Made by a program: the position numbers and the translations under genes. From Candidatus Nomurabacteria bacterium (GTDB taxonomy: Bacteria; Patescibacteriota; Saccharimonadia; Saccharimonadales; JAGQNJ01): DNA of 64,000 nt. The stretch spans positions 413,986 through 477,985 of the forward strand of contig CP060231.1 in assembly GCA_023898625.1 (NCBI GenBank), given 5' to 3'. The notes under the pieces are model-generated. The model was not told the origin of the DNA, ran no database searches, and saw nothing but the letters and a program-made list of their open reading frames with translations. The first letter of the stretch is position 1. Every line of letters begins with the position of its first letter. Shown here piece after piece: positions 1 to 9,800 of this stretch.

Positions 1-588
1 CAAATCTGGAGACGTATTGAGCTAGTTAATACATGGTATTTTTTTGGTCTGTTTGTGATATTTTTAATAATTGGTGCAACAGCTGTTAGACAAAATAACC
101 TAAAGTCAATTGAGTTAAGAGAAGCAGTTGTCGAGAAAGATAAGCAAAATGGTGATGTCGAGTCTGCTCTTCGCATACTTCGTAAGCATATTTATTCCCA
201 TATGAATGCTGGACTTTCAAATGGAGCCACTCAACAGCCTATACAGCTAAAATATCGATACGAGCGGTTAGTAGAAGCAGAGAAGAAAAAGTCTGCCGAC
301 AGTAATCAAGTCTATTCTGACGCTCAAGCATACTGCGAACAACGTTTTGGCCAGGGGTCATTGCGAGAAGGTAGAGTGCCGTGCGTTCAGCAATACATAG
401 CTGATCATAGTGCAAACAATGAAGTATCTAAAATTCCTGACGCACTGTTTAAGTTTGATTTTGTGAGCCCTGCATGGTCACCAGATTTAGCTGGCTGGAG
501 CTTACTACTGTCGGGAATATTTTTGGCATTATTTTTGATTCGCTTCTTAACAGAACGCTGGTTTAAGGCCATGGTTAAAGATATTTAG
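1..588 (+). CDS. Hypothetical membrane protein, 5'-partial (frame open to window start; listed ORF begins at a GTG at 55)
   Basis: The ORF 55..588 has no in-frame stop upstream to position 1; hydrophobic segments at both ends (TWYFFGLFVIFLIIGATAV; LLLSGIFLALFLIRFL). No recognisable domain. Confidence 0.35.
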   Translation, partial: QIWRRIELVNTWYFFGLFVIFLIIGATAVRQNNLKSIELREAVVEKDKQNGDVESALRILRKHIYSHMNAGLSNGATQQPIQLKYRYERLVEAEKKKSADSNQVYSDAQAYCEQRFGQGSLREGRVPCVQQYIADHSANNEVSKIPDALFKFDFVSPAWSPDLAGWSLLLSGIFLALFLIRFLTERWFKAMVKDI

Positions 589-788
589 ATAAGCGTAAAC
601 GTTGTATAAATTATACATAGTACGACTTCATTTTTTAGGGAAAAATTATAGCCACCTCTGTTTATTCCTGATTATGGCCTTTAGTCGCTGTAGTATGTAC
701 AGTTTTAGATGAAAAAATAGTTGACAACACCAAAGGTAACAGAGTATGTTAGGGGTACTAATGTAAACCTAAAGAGGGAGAAGAATAA

Positions 789-983
789 ATGGCTTACAAG
801 CACACGAACAGCAAAGGTGTAACATACTACCTAAACACTAAAGAAGTTACATTGCGTGGTGGCAAACAACAACGAATTTACTACTTTAGCAAAGACGAAC
901 GACCAGAAGGCACAGATTTGCCAGACGGATACACAGTTAATGAAAACCCACGAAATGGTTTCTTGACTGTTAAAAAAGGCTAA
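789..983 (+). CDS. Small basic protein (64 aa), unknown function
   Basis: Sigma70-like promoter (TTGACA about 721, -10 about 745), strong RBS AAGAGGGAGAAG 8 nt before the ATG, and a 13-bp-stem terminator immediately downstream. Lys/Arg/Tyr-rich sequence. Confidence 0.6.
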   Translation: MAYKHTNSKGVTYYLNTKEVTLRGGKQQRIYYFSKDERPEGTDLPDGYTVNENPRNGFLTVKKG

Positions 984-1003
984 GAAGCAAACTTAAGTGT
1001 TAC

Positions 1004-1040
1004 AAATAACACCCTTTTTACTAAGGGTGTTATTTGTATA
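1004..1040 (+). terminator. Rho-independent terminator after the 64-aa gene
   Basis: Inverted repeat AAATAACACCCTT / AAGGGTGTTATTT with a 6-nt loop, followed by a T-rich tract. Confidence 0.7.
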
Positions 1041-1078
1041 TTGTGCAAAATATTTGAAAGCATGGTATAATATTTGTT
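1041..1078 (+). promoter_or_regulatory. Promoter with extended -10 (TGGTATAAT) for the 99-aa gene; near-leaderless geometry
   Basis: TTGTGC ... TGGTATAAT ending about 9 nt before the ATG at 1079, so the predicted TSS lies within a few nt of the start codon. Confidence 0.4.
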
Positions 1079-1378
1079 ATGAGCGAAGAGTATAATGGTG
1101 GCCCTGGTTGGGTGGAAAACGAAGACGGTGACGTTGTTGTCCCACAGGGAGAGCCAGAACTAGACCCAAGAGCACCCTATATCAATGAAAGTGACCTGAG
1201 AGATACTCATTTACATTTTGATACAGATGAAGTCGATCCACGTGCTCCAATATCCAGAAAAGAAGCCCGGCGATTGAACCAAGAAGCTGAGGATGATAGG
1301 GGGTATTCGGTTACACCTAAGCCTAGTGATGTCAGAGAACTGCCTGGCAAAGATGGGCGTCCAACTAATTGGAAATAA
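1079..1378 (+). CDS. Acidic hypothetical protein (99 aa) with duplicated D-P-R-A-P motif
   Basis: ORF with two copies of (L/V)DPRAP(Y/I); very acidic; no known domain recognised. Confidence 0.5.
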   Translation: MSEEYNGGPGWVENEDGDVVVPQGEPELDPRAPYINESDLRDTHLHFDTDEVDPRAPISRKEARRLNQEAEDDRGYSVTPKPSDVRELPGKDGRPTNWK

Positions 1379-1402
1379 AGACGAAGATAAATTGATTAGC
1401 TT

Positions 1403-2218
1403 ATGACCCAAATTCCAGGACAAGGTTCGTTTGAGTTCGAACCAACACCACAACCACCAGAAGTAGAAGGACTTGACCTTGAAAGGCGAATTTCTACCAG
1501 TGGACTTATAAAGTATTTTGCTGAAGCAAGAAATTTAAGTGAAGCAGGGGTAAACCCAGACTTTATCGAGTATCTAAAACCCTTAACTCTTGAAGCGGGA
1601 TTGTATGTCCCAGAAGGCAAGACAGATCGTGATATCGATACAGCTCGAGGCCCTGTGATATTCCCGGCTGCGGAGTACAAGGTATTAACAAAGAGTCCGA
1701 TTCATATCGCCAGTACTGCTTCAGTTGGAGTAAAGAAAGCTCGCCAAAATGATATGGATAAAGAAGCTGTTGATTTGGCATCAAAAAGAGCGTCTGGGCA
1801 TGCATTGACAAGCCAGCTTAAGAGGGCTAGTGGGTTATTTGACCAACTAAAAACAAAGGAAACAGCACTTAAGATGATAGAGTCTGAGATATATAGTGCT
1901 CGTGGCACCGGTTATTATGCTCACTATTCTATTGGGGTAATGTCACCGTTGATACTTACTGCGGAAGAAGCAATTTTTGATGCACTTGATGTTGTAGCTA
2001 CAACGGGTGGATGGACTGAAGAACAATTTTCCGATGCCCAGAAAGCACTAAAGTATCAACTTTTTGGGCAACACAAAGACCGATATAGTTATTGGCGTGG
2101 TTACGTTCCGGTGGCACGACGTTATGCGCGCAAAAGGCGGTTAGTGGTGCAAAGTTCGATAGGATTAATAGAGCGTGAGTTGACAAAGTACCAGCAATTT
2201 TTGGATGATGAACAGTAA
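1403..2218 (+). CDS. Hypothetical protein (271 aa) with N-terminal PGQGSF motif
   Basis: Long ORF with an RBS-like GATTAG..ATG context; no recognisable domain. The N-terminal IPGQGSFEFEP is shared with the ORF at 26822. Confidence 0.55.
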   Translation: MTQIPGQGSFEFEPTPQPPEVEGLDLERRISTSGLIKYFAEARNLSEAGVNPDFIEYLKPLTLEAGLYVPEGKTDRDIDTARGPVIFPAAEYKVLTKSPIHIASTASVGVKKARQNDMDKEAVDLASKRASGHALTSQLKRASGLFDQLKTKETALKMIESEIYSARGTGYYAHYSIGVMSPLILTAEEAIFDALDVVATTGGWTEEQFSDAQKALKYQLFGQHKDRYSYWRGYVPVARRYARKRRLVVQSSIGLIERELTKYQQFLDDEQ

Positions 2219-3179
2219 AATTGCCAACTTACCAAAACCATTCTTTGTTCTTGCCCCCATGGATGATGTTACAGATACTGTTTTTAGGCAGATTGTGGCA
2301 GATTTAGCTCCTCCAGATTTATTTTTCACAGAATTTGTCAATGTTGATGGTCTTCAGAGTCCTGGCAGAGGTAAACTATTACCAAAGTTAAGGTTTGCAG
2401 ATAAAGAACATCCAATCATTGCTCAAATTTGGGGAAAAAACCCTAAAAATTATTACAAAACCACAAAGGATATTATTGCTATGGGGTATGACGGCGTTGA
2501 TATCAATATGGGGTGCCCTGACAAGGCAGTAGTCAAAAATGGTTGCTGTAGTGCATTGATTGAGAATCGAGAATTGGCAGGGCAGATTATCGAGTCAGTT
2601 AAGCAGGCTTCACAAGACTCCTTCCCTGTTTCCGTTAAAACACGTGTAGGATTTACAACGATAGACATGAGCTGGATAGAGTTTCTGCTATCACAAAAAC
2701 TTAACATGTTAACAGTTCATCTAAGGACTACAAAAGAAATGTCTAAGGTACCAGCACATTGGGAGTTAATGGACGAAATAGTGGCTTTGCGGGATGCAAT
2801 CTCCCCTTCTACGTTGTTGGTTGGAAACGGAGATGTTTTATCACGGGAACAAGGTCTTGTACTCGCTAAATCACATAAGTTAGATGGAGTAATGATTGGT
2901 CGAGGTGTATTTAGCGACCCAAAAGTATTTATGGATAATTCTGATTGGAGTCAAGCAACAAAACAGGTGAGAATAGATTTGTATCGCAAACATGTGGAAC
3001 TGTTCGCAAGCACTTGGCAAAATAACGAGAGGCGCATTCCTACCCTGAATAAATTTTGTAAAGTATATATTCAAGGTTTTGACGGAGCGAAAGAGTTACG
3101 AGAACGGCTAATGAATGCAAAAACTACAATAGAATTGACCTCAATATTAAACTCATGTCAAGAAACCGAGAAATTGTGA
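2205..3179 (+). CDS. dus: tRNA-dihydrouridine synthase (Dus family, FMN TIM barrel)
   Basis: FVLAPMDDVTDTVFRQI, MGCPDKAVVKNGCCSALI and KTRVGF motifs typical of Dus. Overlaps the upstream gene by 14 nt (operon). Confidence 0.85.
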   Translation: MMNSKIANLPKPFFVLAPMDDVTDTVFRQIVADLAPPDLFFTEFVNVDGLQSPGRGKLLPKLRFADKEHPIIAQIWGKNPKNYYKTTKDIIAMGYDGVDINMGCPDKAVVKNGCCSALIENRELAGQIIESVKQASQDSFPVSVKTRVGFTTIDMSWIEFLLSQKLNMLTVHLRTTKEMSKVPAHWELMDEIVALRDAISPSTLLVGNGDVLSREQGLVLAKSHKLDGVMIGRGVFSDPKVFMDNSDWSQATKQVRIDLYRKHVELFASTWQNNERRIPTLNKFCKVYIQGFDGAKELRERLMNAKTTIELTSILNSCQETEKL

Positions 3180-3198
3180 ATAAAAACAGGTATAGTTA

Positions 3199-3468
3199 GT
3201 GTTGATGACATTGCCTAACATACAAATACTAGCTCAGGTACAAGAAGACGGTAGCTTTTCTGTTGGTGTGTTGACTGTTACGGCTCTTATTATTGGCTTG
3301 CCTATTCTATTATTGATTGTTTGGTTGAAAGTCGATCAAATCAGACATAAAAGGCCTTTGCAAGAAATTGATCCGAATGTTAAATACACCTTTTGGCATC
3401 ACATCAAGGTTGTTACAATACCAATGTTCTCTTATCGCATAACCTTCATGGTTCAAAAACGTAAATAG
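3199..3468 (+). CDS. Small hypothetical membrane protein (89 aa)
   Basis: ORF with one clear TM helix (VLTVTALIIGLPILLLIVWL); no homolog recognised. Confidence 0.3.
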   Translation: MLMTLPNIQILAQVQEDGSFSVGVLTVTALIIGLPILLLIVWLKVDQIRHKRPLQEIDPNVKYTFWHHIKVVTIPMFSYRITFMVQKRK

Positions 3469-3671
3469 CCTCTTCCAATCCCTAACCATAACCAGTACAA
3501 TAATACTCAGTACATTAAGTAGTTGAGTGGTACCAACAAGTCGTAGTAAGTCATACTTACATACATCATATGTAACACCCTGTATTCATCACGAATACCT
3601 TATCTCAACAACTAATTAACGAATTAGTAGTATATAACAACTAATCTATAGATAAATACGAATTCATTAAT

Positions 3672-6584
3672 ATGAAACTAAACCCCAAAGCCCTACTATC
3701 CAAACTACCACTACCTTTTTGGGCCTCCTTCTATCTCTTCCTCATCATACTCACCATACCAGTACTAGCTTATATAGGAACACTCAGTAAAGCAGACCCC
3801 GGAACCCTAACAGTAACCATCAATCAAAAAACAGGAACAACAGATCCTAACCCTTCCTACACTTCTGTATTCACTGTAGTATTCAGTGAAGCCATAGACA
3901 GTAATACCTTCACTAATACAGACATTACATTAGGTGGTACAGCCCCAGGTCAAACTATCCAATCCATCACCGAAGCTGGAACCTTCAACAAAACTACCTA
4001 TGAAGTCAGAATCCAAGCTACTGGAGCCGGGACCATCGTACCGAGTATTGGACAGGAGTTAGTCAGTGCGGTCAATGGTGGGAGTGGGACCAATCAAGCC
4101 AGCACGAGTACGGATAATAGCGTGACGTATGATGGGACGTATAGTCCGAATGAGTTTGTGTTTAAAATTAATATGGTTAGTTCAGGAAAATTTTATATAC
4201 ATAATTCAGATCACCCTGATATTCCTGGAAGCTTTACTGTAGATTGTAATAACGACGGCACGAATGAATTTATAAATGTATCAGTACTTGCGGATTGTAA
4301 TTATGTTTCTTCGGGTGAGTATGTAGTGAGCATAACTGGTTATTTGCCTCACACGATATTTAGTGGTGGGACAGCGCAAGATCAGCCTACCCCCATGGAT
4401 ATTATTCAATGGGGTAATATGCAATGGAATAGCATGGTTTATATGTTTAATAATTCTTATGATGTGACCATATCCGCTATTGATGCACCAAATTTGAGTA
4501 ATGTTACAGATATGAGTTATATGTTTTCTGGTGCAAACCTATGCCACGGTTTTAATATGTTACTTCAACCATGCGCGTCTGGATTTAATTCAAACATCAA
4601 TCATTGGAATGTTAGCAATGTTACGAATATGAGCTATATGTTTAATGCTTCAACAGCCTTCAATAAACCACTCAATAATTGGGACACAAGTAGTGTTACA
4701 AATATGACTGGTATGTTCAGTCATGCGAATTCCTTTAATCAGCCACTTAATAATTGGAATGTCAGTAATGTCACAGACATGAGCTATATGTTCGGTAAAA
4801 AACCACTAACATTAAATCCACAATGGTCGTTTGCGCCCAATTCCTTCAATCAACCACTCAATAATTGGGACACAAGTAGTGTTACAAATATGACTGGTAT
4901 GTTTGAGGATTCGACAGTTTTTAACCAACCATTAAATAATTGGAATACTGGAAACGTTACTAATATGCAGGATATGTTTAGGGAGTCAGCCGCCTTCAAT
5001 GCGGACATCAGCACTTGGAATACTAGCAATGTTACTAACATGAGTTATATGTTTGGATGGGAGCGGGAACGAGATACGCCACCAATAGGGCCAACTGGTC
5101 ACGTACCTTTCAATCAACCACTAAATAATTGGAATGTCAGCAATGTTACGAATATGAGCAATATGTTCAGACTAACAAGCCAATTCAATCAACCACTCAA
5201 TAATTGGGACACAAGTAGTGTTACAAATATGACTGGTATGTTTCAGAGGAACCCTATTTTTAACCAACCATTAAGCGATTGGAATACTAGCAACGTTACG
5301 TCTATGAGAAATATGTTTGCTAATGCATCCTCATTCAATCAGTCGTTGAATAGTTGGAGTGTTAATAACGTTTCAGATATGGGATTTATGTTTGATAGTG
5401 CTACAACTTTCAATCAACCCCTAAATAATTGGAATGTCAGCAATGTTACGAATATGGGTTATATGTTCAGGGCTACTACTCAATTTAACCAACCATTAAG
5501 CGATTGGAATACTGGAAACGTTACTAATATGGGTGCAATGTTCTTAGGGGCTAGTAGTTTTAACCAATCTTTAGGTGAGTGGAATATAGGTAGTGTTACT
5601 AGTATTGGCCTATTTGGCAATACTTCTGGCCTTTCTGTTTCCAACTACGACAATACATTAATAGGATGGTCGTCTCAATCTCTTCATAACTATCTAACCT
5701 TTGATGCTGGTACTAGTAAGTATTGTAACTCAGAAACACAAAGACAGAGTATTATCACTAACCACTCCTGGACTATTAATGATAGTGGTAAAGATTGTAG
5801 CTCTATTGGTTCAACTGAATTCATCACTACCTGGAAGACAGACAATCCAGGAGTCAGCGGAAGCAACCAAATAACTATACCTACCTTTTCAGGAGAAACC
5901 TACAACTATAACGTAGACTGGGGAGACTCCACCACCAGCTCTAACCAAACCGGAAATTCAACCCACACCTACTCATCACCAGGAACCTACACAGTTAAGA
6001 TAACCGGAACCTTCCCTAGGATATACTTCAATGGAACAACCGACCATGACAAAATCCTAACTATTGAACAATGGGGAACAAACCCTTGGACGTCAATGGC
6101 TCATGCATTTGAAGGGGCATCTAATTTAACAATTCCTGCTACTGATGCACCGAATCTATCTGGTGTAACAGATATGAGCTATATGTTCTCTAGCGCCTCC
6201 AACTTCAACTCCGATCTCAGCTCTTGGGATACCAGTAATGTTACGAATATGAGCTATATGTTCTCTAGCGCCTCCAGCTTCAACTCCGATCTCAGCTCTT
6301 GGAATACTAGTAATGTTACGAATATGAGCTATATGTTCTCTAGCGCCTCCAGCTTCAACTCCGATCTCAGCTCTTGGAATACTAGCAATGTTACGGATAT
6401 GAGCTATATGTTCTCTAGCGCCTCCAACTTCAACTCCGATCTTAGCTCTTGGAATACTCAATGTTACTATGAGCGGTATGTTCTAGCGCCCAGCTTCAAC
6501 TCCGATCTTAGCTCTTGGAATACTAGCAATGTTACGGATATGATGGTATGTTCTCAGCGCCTCCAGCTTCAGCTCCGATCTTAG
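3672..6584 (+). CDS. Giant surface repeat protein, N-terminal part (signal peptide/TM, two DUF285-type 26-residue-repeat modules). Most likely the 5' portion of one roughly 10 kb gene continuing in 6588..13721; interrupted by indels in a tandem-repeat stretch
   Basis: N-terminal hydrophobic leader. More than 25 repeats of F(N/S)QPLNNW(N/D)(V/T)SNVTNMSYMF (DUF285 / Mycoplasma-Listeria-type 26-aa surface repeat). Each module ends with a Cys-containing cap (...GWSSQSL..YCNSETQRQ.IITN.SWTINDSGKDC). After about 6455 the frame is garbled by small deletions in otherwise perfect 78-bp repeats, giving the stop at 6584. Confidence 0.8.
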   Translation: MKLNPKALLSKLPLPFWASFYLFLIILTIPVLAYIGTLSKADPGTLTVTINQKTGTTDPNPSYTSVFTVVFSEAIDSNTFTNTDITLGGTAPGQTIQSITEAGTFNKTTYEVRIQATGAGTIVPSIGQELVSAVNGGSGTNQASTSTDNSVTYDGTYSPNEFVFKINMVSSGKFYIHNSDHPDIPGSFTVDCNNDGTNEFINVSVLADCNYVSSGEYVVSITGYLPHTIFSGGTAQDQPTPMDIIQWGNMQWNSMVYMFNNSYDVTISAIDAPNLSNVTDMSYMFSGANLCHGFNMLLQPCASGFNSNINHWNVSNVTNMSYMFNASTAFNKPLNNWDTSSVTNMTGMFSHANSFNQPLNNWNVSNVTDMSYMFGKKPLTLNPQWSFAPNSFNQPLNNWDTSSVTNMTGMFEDSTVFNQPLNNWNTGNVTNMQDMFRESAAFNADISTWNTSNVTNMSYMFGWERERDTPPIGPTGHVPFNQPLNNWNVSNVTNMSNMFRLTSQFNQPLNNWDTSSVTNMTGMFQRNPIFNQPLSDWNTSNVTSMRNMFANASSFNQSLNSWSVNNVSDMGFMFDSATTFNQPLNNWNVSNVTNMGYMFRATTQFNQPLSDWNTGNVTNMGAMFLGASSFNQSLGEWNIGSVTSIGLFGNTSGLSVSNYDNTLIGWSSQSLHNYLTFDAGTSKYCNSETQRQSIITNHSWTINDSGKDCSSIGSTEFITTWKTDNPGVSGSNQITIPTFSGETYNYNVDWGDSTTSSNQTGNSTHTYSSPGTYTVKITGTFPRIYFNGTTDHDKILTIEQWGTNPWTSMAHAFEGASNLTIPATDAPNLSGVTDMSYMFSSASNFNSDLSSWDTSNVTNMSYMFSSASSFNSDLSSWNTSNVTNMSYMFSSASSFNSDLSSWNTSNVTDMSYMFSSASNFNSDLSSWNTQCYYERYVLAPSFNSDLSSWNTSNVTDMMVCSQRLQLQLRS

Positions 6585-6860
6585 CTCTTGGATATGAGCG
6601 GTATGTTCTCCAGCTTCAACTCCGATCTTAGCTCTTGGAATACTAGCAATGTTACGGATATGAGCGGTATGTTCTCTAGCGCCTCCAGCTTCAACTCCGA
6701 TCTCAGCTCTTGGAATACTAGCAATGTTACGGATATGAGCGGTATGTTCTCTAGCGCCTCCAACTTCAACTCCGATCTCAGCTCTTGGGATACCAGTAAT
6801 GTTACGGATATGAGCTGGATGTTCGGTGGCGCCTCCTCTTTTGATCAATCACTTGCCTCT
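6150..6860 (+). repeat. Near-perfect 78-bp (26-codon) tandem DNA repeats inside the giant gene
   Basis: The unit gatatgagc(t/g)(a/g)tatgttctctagcgcctcc(a/c)(g/a)cttcaactccgatctcagctcttggaatactagcaatgttacg is repeated about 9 times with over 95% identity. Units between about 6455 and 6620 carry short deletions. Confidence 0.9.
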
Positions 6861-9800
6861 TGGAATATGGGGTCTGTTACATCTGCTGAGAGTATGTTTG
6901 GTGATCCAGTGGAATATTACATCACTATGCTAGAGGCTATGGCTGGTGTTCCTGCCAGTGAATGGGATAATAGCGTAGCAGAAAGCGTAATGGGCCCAGG
7001 TGCAACGGTAGATGATTTGTTTGCATACCTAAGCTCAATAGTTGGGGCTGAAGTAACCCAAGCTAACTACACAGACTTTATGAACATAGAAATGGGTCTC
7101 TCCACCGTCAACTACGATGCCACCCTAACAGGCTGGTCTTCTCAGTCTCTTCAGAGTGGAGTAACCTTTGGTGCTGGAGATAGTAATTACTGTAACTCCG
7201 AAACCCAAAGACAAAATATTATCACTAACTACTCATGGACTATTAATGATAGTGGTAAAGACTGTAATTTTGAACTAAGTGCTCCCCGTAATTTGACAGC
7301 AGAAGTTACAAGTAGCACATCAATACTTCTAGCATGGCAGGCACCAGAGTATGATGGAGGTTCGTCAATTTCAGATTATACAATTCAGTATAAACCTACC
7401 AATGACAGTGCATGGATAGTACTTAATGACGGCATTAGCACAAATCTTAATGCGACAGTAACTAGTTTGAGTCCTGGACAAAGTTATGATTTTCGTGTGT
7501 CAGCAGTAAACTCAAATGGAGCTGGACCTTATGCTGAAACAACTAAATTGTTAAGTATGCAAACCTTGCCTGGGGTTCCAGAAGGATTTTCTGCTACTGC
7601 CTACAATTATGTTGACGATGAAGTTAACACAACAATATATGCATTGCCAAGTTTGTCCTGGCAAGAACCACAACAGGGTAGCCCAATAGACTATTACACG
7701 TTACAGTTTAGGAAGAGTGGGGAGTCTGCTTGGCGTAATTATGTAGATGCCTCTATCGTCACTACAAATATAAACTTTGATTTTAGTTTTAGTAGTATGG
7801 ATTTGCAGGATGTTAACAATAATACTCAAGAACAAATTGATTTATTAAATGAACTAAATCAAGCAATGATTCTTGGAGAAAGTTATGAATTTCGTGTTGC
7901 CGCAAATAATAACTTAGGACAGGGTTTATTTACTGATCCAATTAGCTTTGTTCCATCATTCACAACGAATGATTGCAGTGTTCTTCATGACCTACTTCAG
8001 ATGTATGGTATAAAAGATCGAGATTCAGATGTGGCGCTGAATGCTCATTTTGTTTTATTACAAAACATAGACTGTTCTGATACGATTAATTGGAATAGTG
8101 GCGATGGATGGAGCCCTATCCCTAATGACCCGCAGTACGTATTTAATGGTGAATTTGATGGAAATGACCATTCGATTAACAATATGTATATCAATAATAG
8201 TACAGATATTGGTGTAGGTATGTTTGGTATTTTAAAAGATACAAATATAACTAATCTTTCGCTAATTAATAGTAACGTTAGTGGCCATATATATTATGAC
8301 TCGGATGAAGGTGGTTCTGGATCGTATGTTGGCATTCTTTCAGGAATTGCAAGTTCAGATACTACGATTACGAACGTTACAGTTAGCGGTTCTGTATATT
8401 CCGAATGGTCTGCGGGTGGGGTTGTTGGGTATAGTGATAGCGATAATGCAGGCAACATAATGATTAATTGGGTAACATCGCACGCCAATGTAAGTGCTGC
8501 GAAAGGAACTTTTTCGGGTGGACCAGTTGGTGGTCTTGTTGGAATAAACTACGGCGGTGATAGAAGTCAAGGTCAATTTACGCAAGGTAAATTTGTTGTT
8601 GATACACAAGGAAATATTTACACCATTAATTCATCAAATTATAACAATAAAGTACTAAAATTTGATACATCGGGAAATCTAATAGACTCTTGGGGTAATG
8701 AAGGAAACGATCTTGATGAGTTTAATCAGTTTGCCCCAAATGATATTTCAATTGATGCACAGAATAACATATATTTCTCAGGGGTAAAAAAATTCAATAG
8801 TAATGGAGGATTTGAAGGTCAATATGGCAATTACTTAGGTTATGTATATGTTGATAATAGCGACAATATTTATGTGGTTGGTGAAACTGATTATTATAAT
8901 GGAACACCACAAGCTATTCATAAAATCAATGCAGAGGGCACTTTGTTAGCATCTTTCTTTACCAAAGAAGAAGTTGTGGGCAGAGAAAATGCAAGCCCCA
9001 GTGATATAGTCGTTGGTCAAAACGGGGATATTTACGTAGCAGAGAGATATAGCAATCAAGTACGTCGATATGATAGTAATGGTATATATATTGGAAGTAT
9101 TGAATTGGTTAATGGGAACAATGAGTTAATGATTACTAACGATAATCATTTATATGCACTAGGCAACGGCAGTATTAGCCAATATGATTTGCTCGGTAAT
9201 CTTACATTGTCTATACCTTCATATTCATTGCCATCATATATGACAGCGGATGAAGATAGTAATATATACGTATCAAACAATTCAACACATGAATTGACAA
9301 AATATTCTCCTAGTGGGATTGAAGTTGGTTCGCTTGATGCTGGTTATAAAGCAGATGAAATTTACGCCCCTGGAAAGATTGTTATCCATGGAGAATATAT
9401 GTATGTCGCTTCAGATTACGGGAAAGCAATAAAAATATTCAACAAAGATACCTTTTCATATATAAATAAGATTGATGGGAAAAAAGACGATAATCCTTAC
9501 AAGACATTAATAGTAGATAGTTCTGCTAACGGGCAATTAAATGCTAAATATTCAGGTGGATTAGTGGGAGCTAATACCGGTAATGCAATAGAAGATGTAT
9601 TTGAAGTGCCAGGCTTGGAATTACAACATACAAATGCTTCAGTTACAATTAATGATGCTTGTACTTTTGCTGGGGGGTTGATCGGACTCACCTTGGTCGG
9701 AACGCGTATTGAGGATTCTAGCTCAGGAGGTAATGTGTCGTGTAAGGGCGGAGATTTTCTTGATAGTTCAACATCAGTCGATATTTCCACAGGTGGATTG

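Noticed and set aside
6156-6848. Antisense ORFs (6156..6461, 6483..6848, 6581..6769) across the 78-bp tandem repeats
   Set aside because: Perfect tandem repeats keep every frame open on both strands. The products are the same short peptide repeated, with no start context. The sense-strand DUF285 reading is the biologically coherent one.
6150-6860. Possible CRISPR array (regular short direct repeats)
   Set aside because: The 78-bp units are contiguous with no unique spacers. They are in frame inside a protein-coding repeat domain and encode the DUF285 26-aa repeat.
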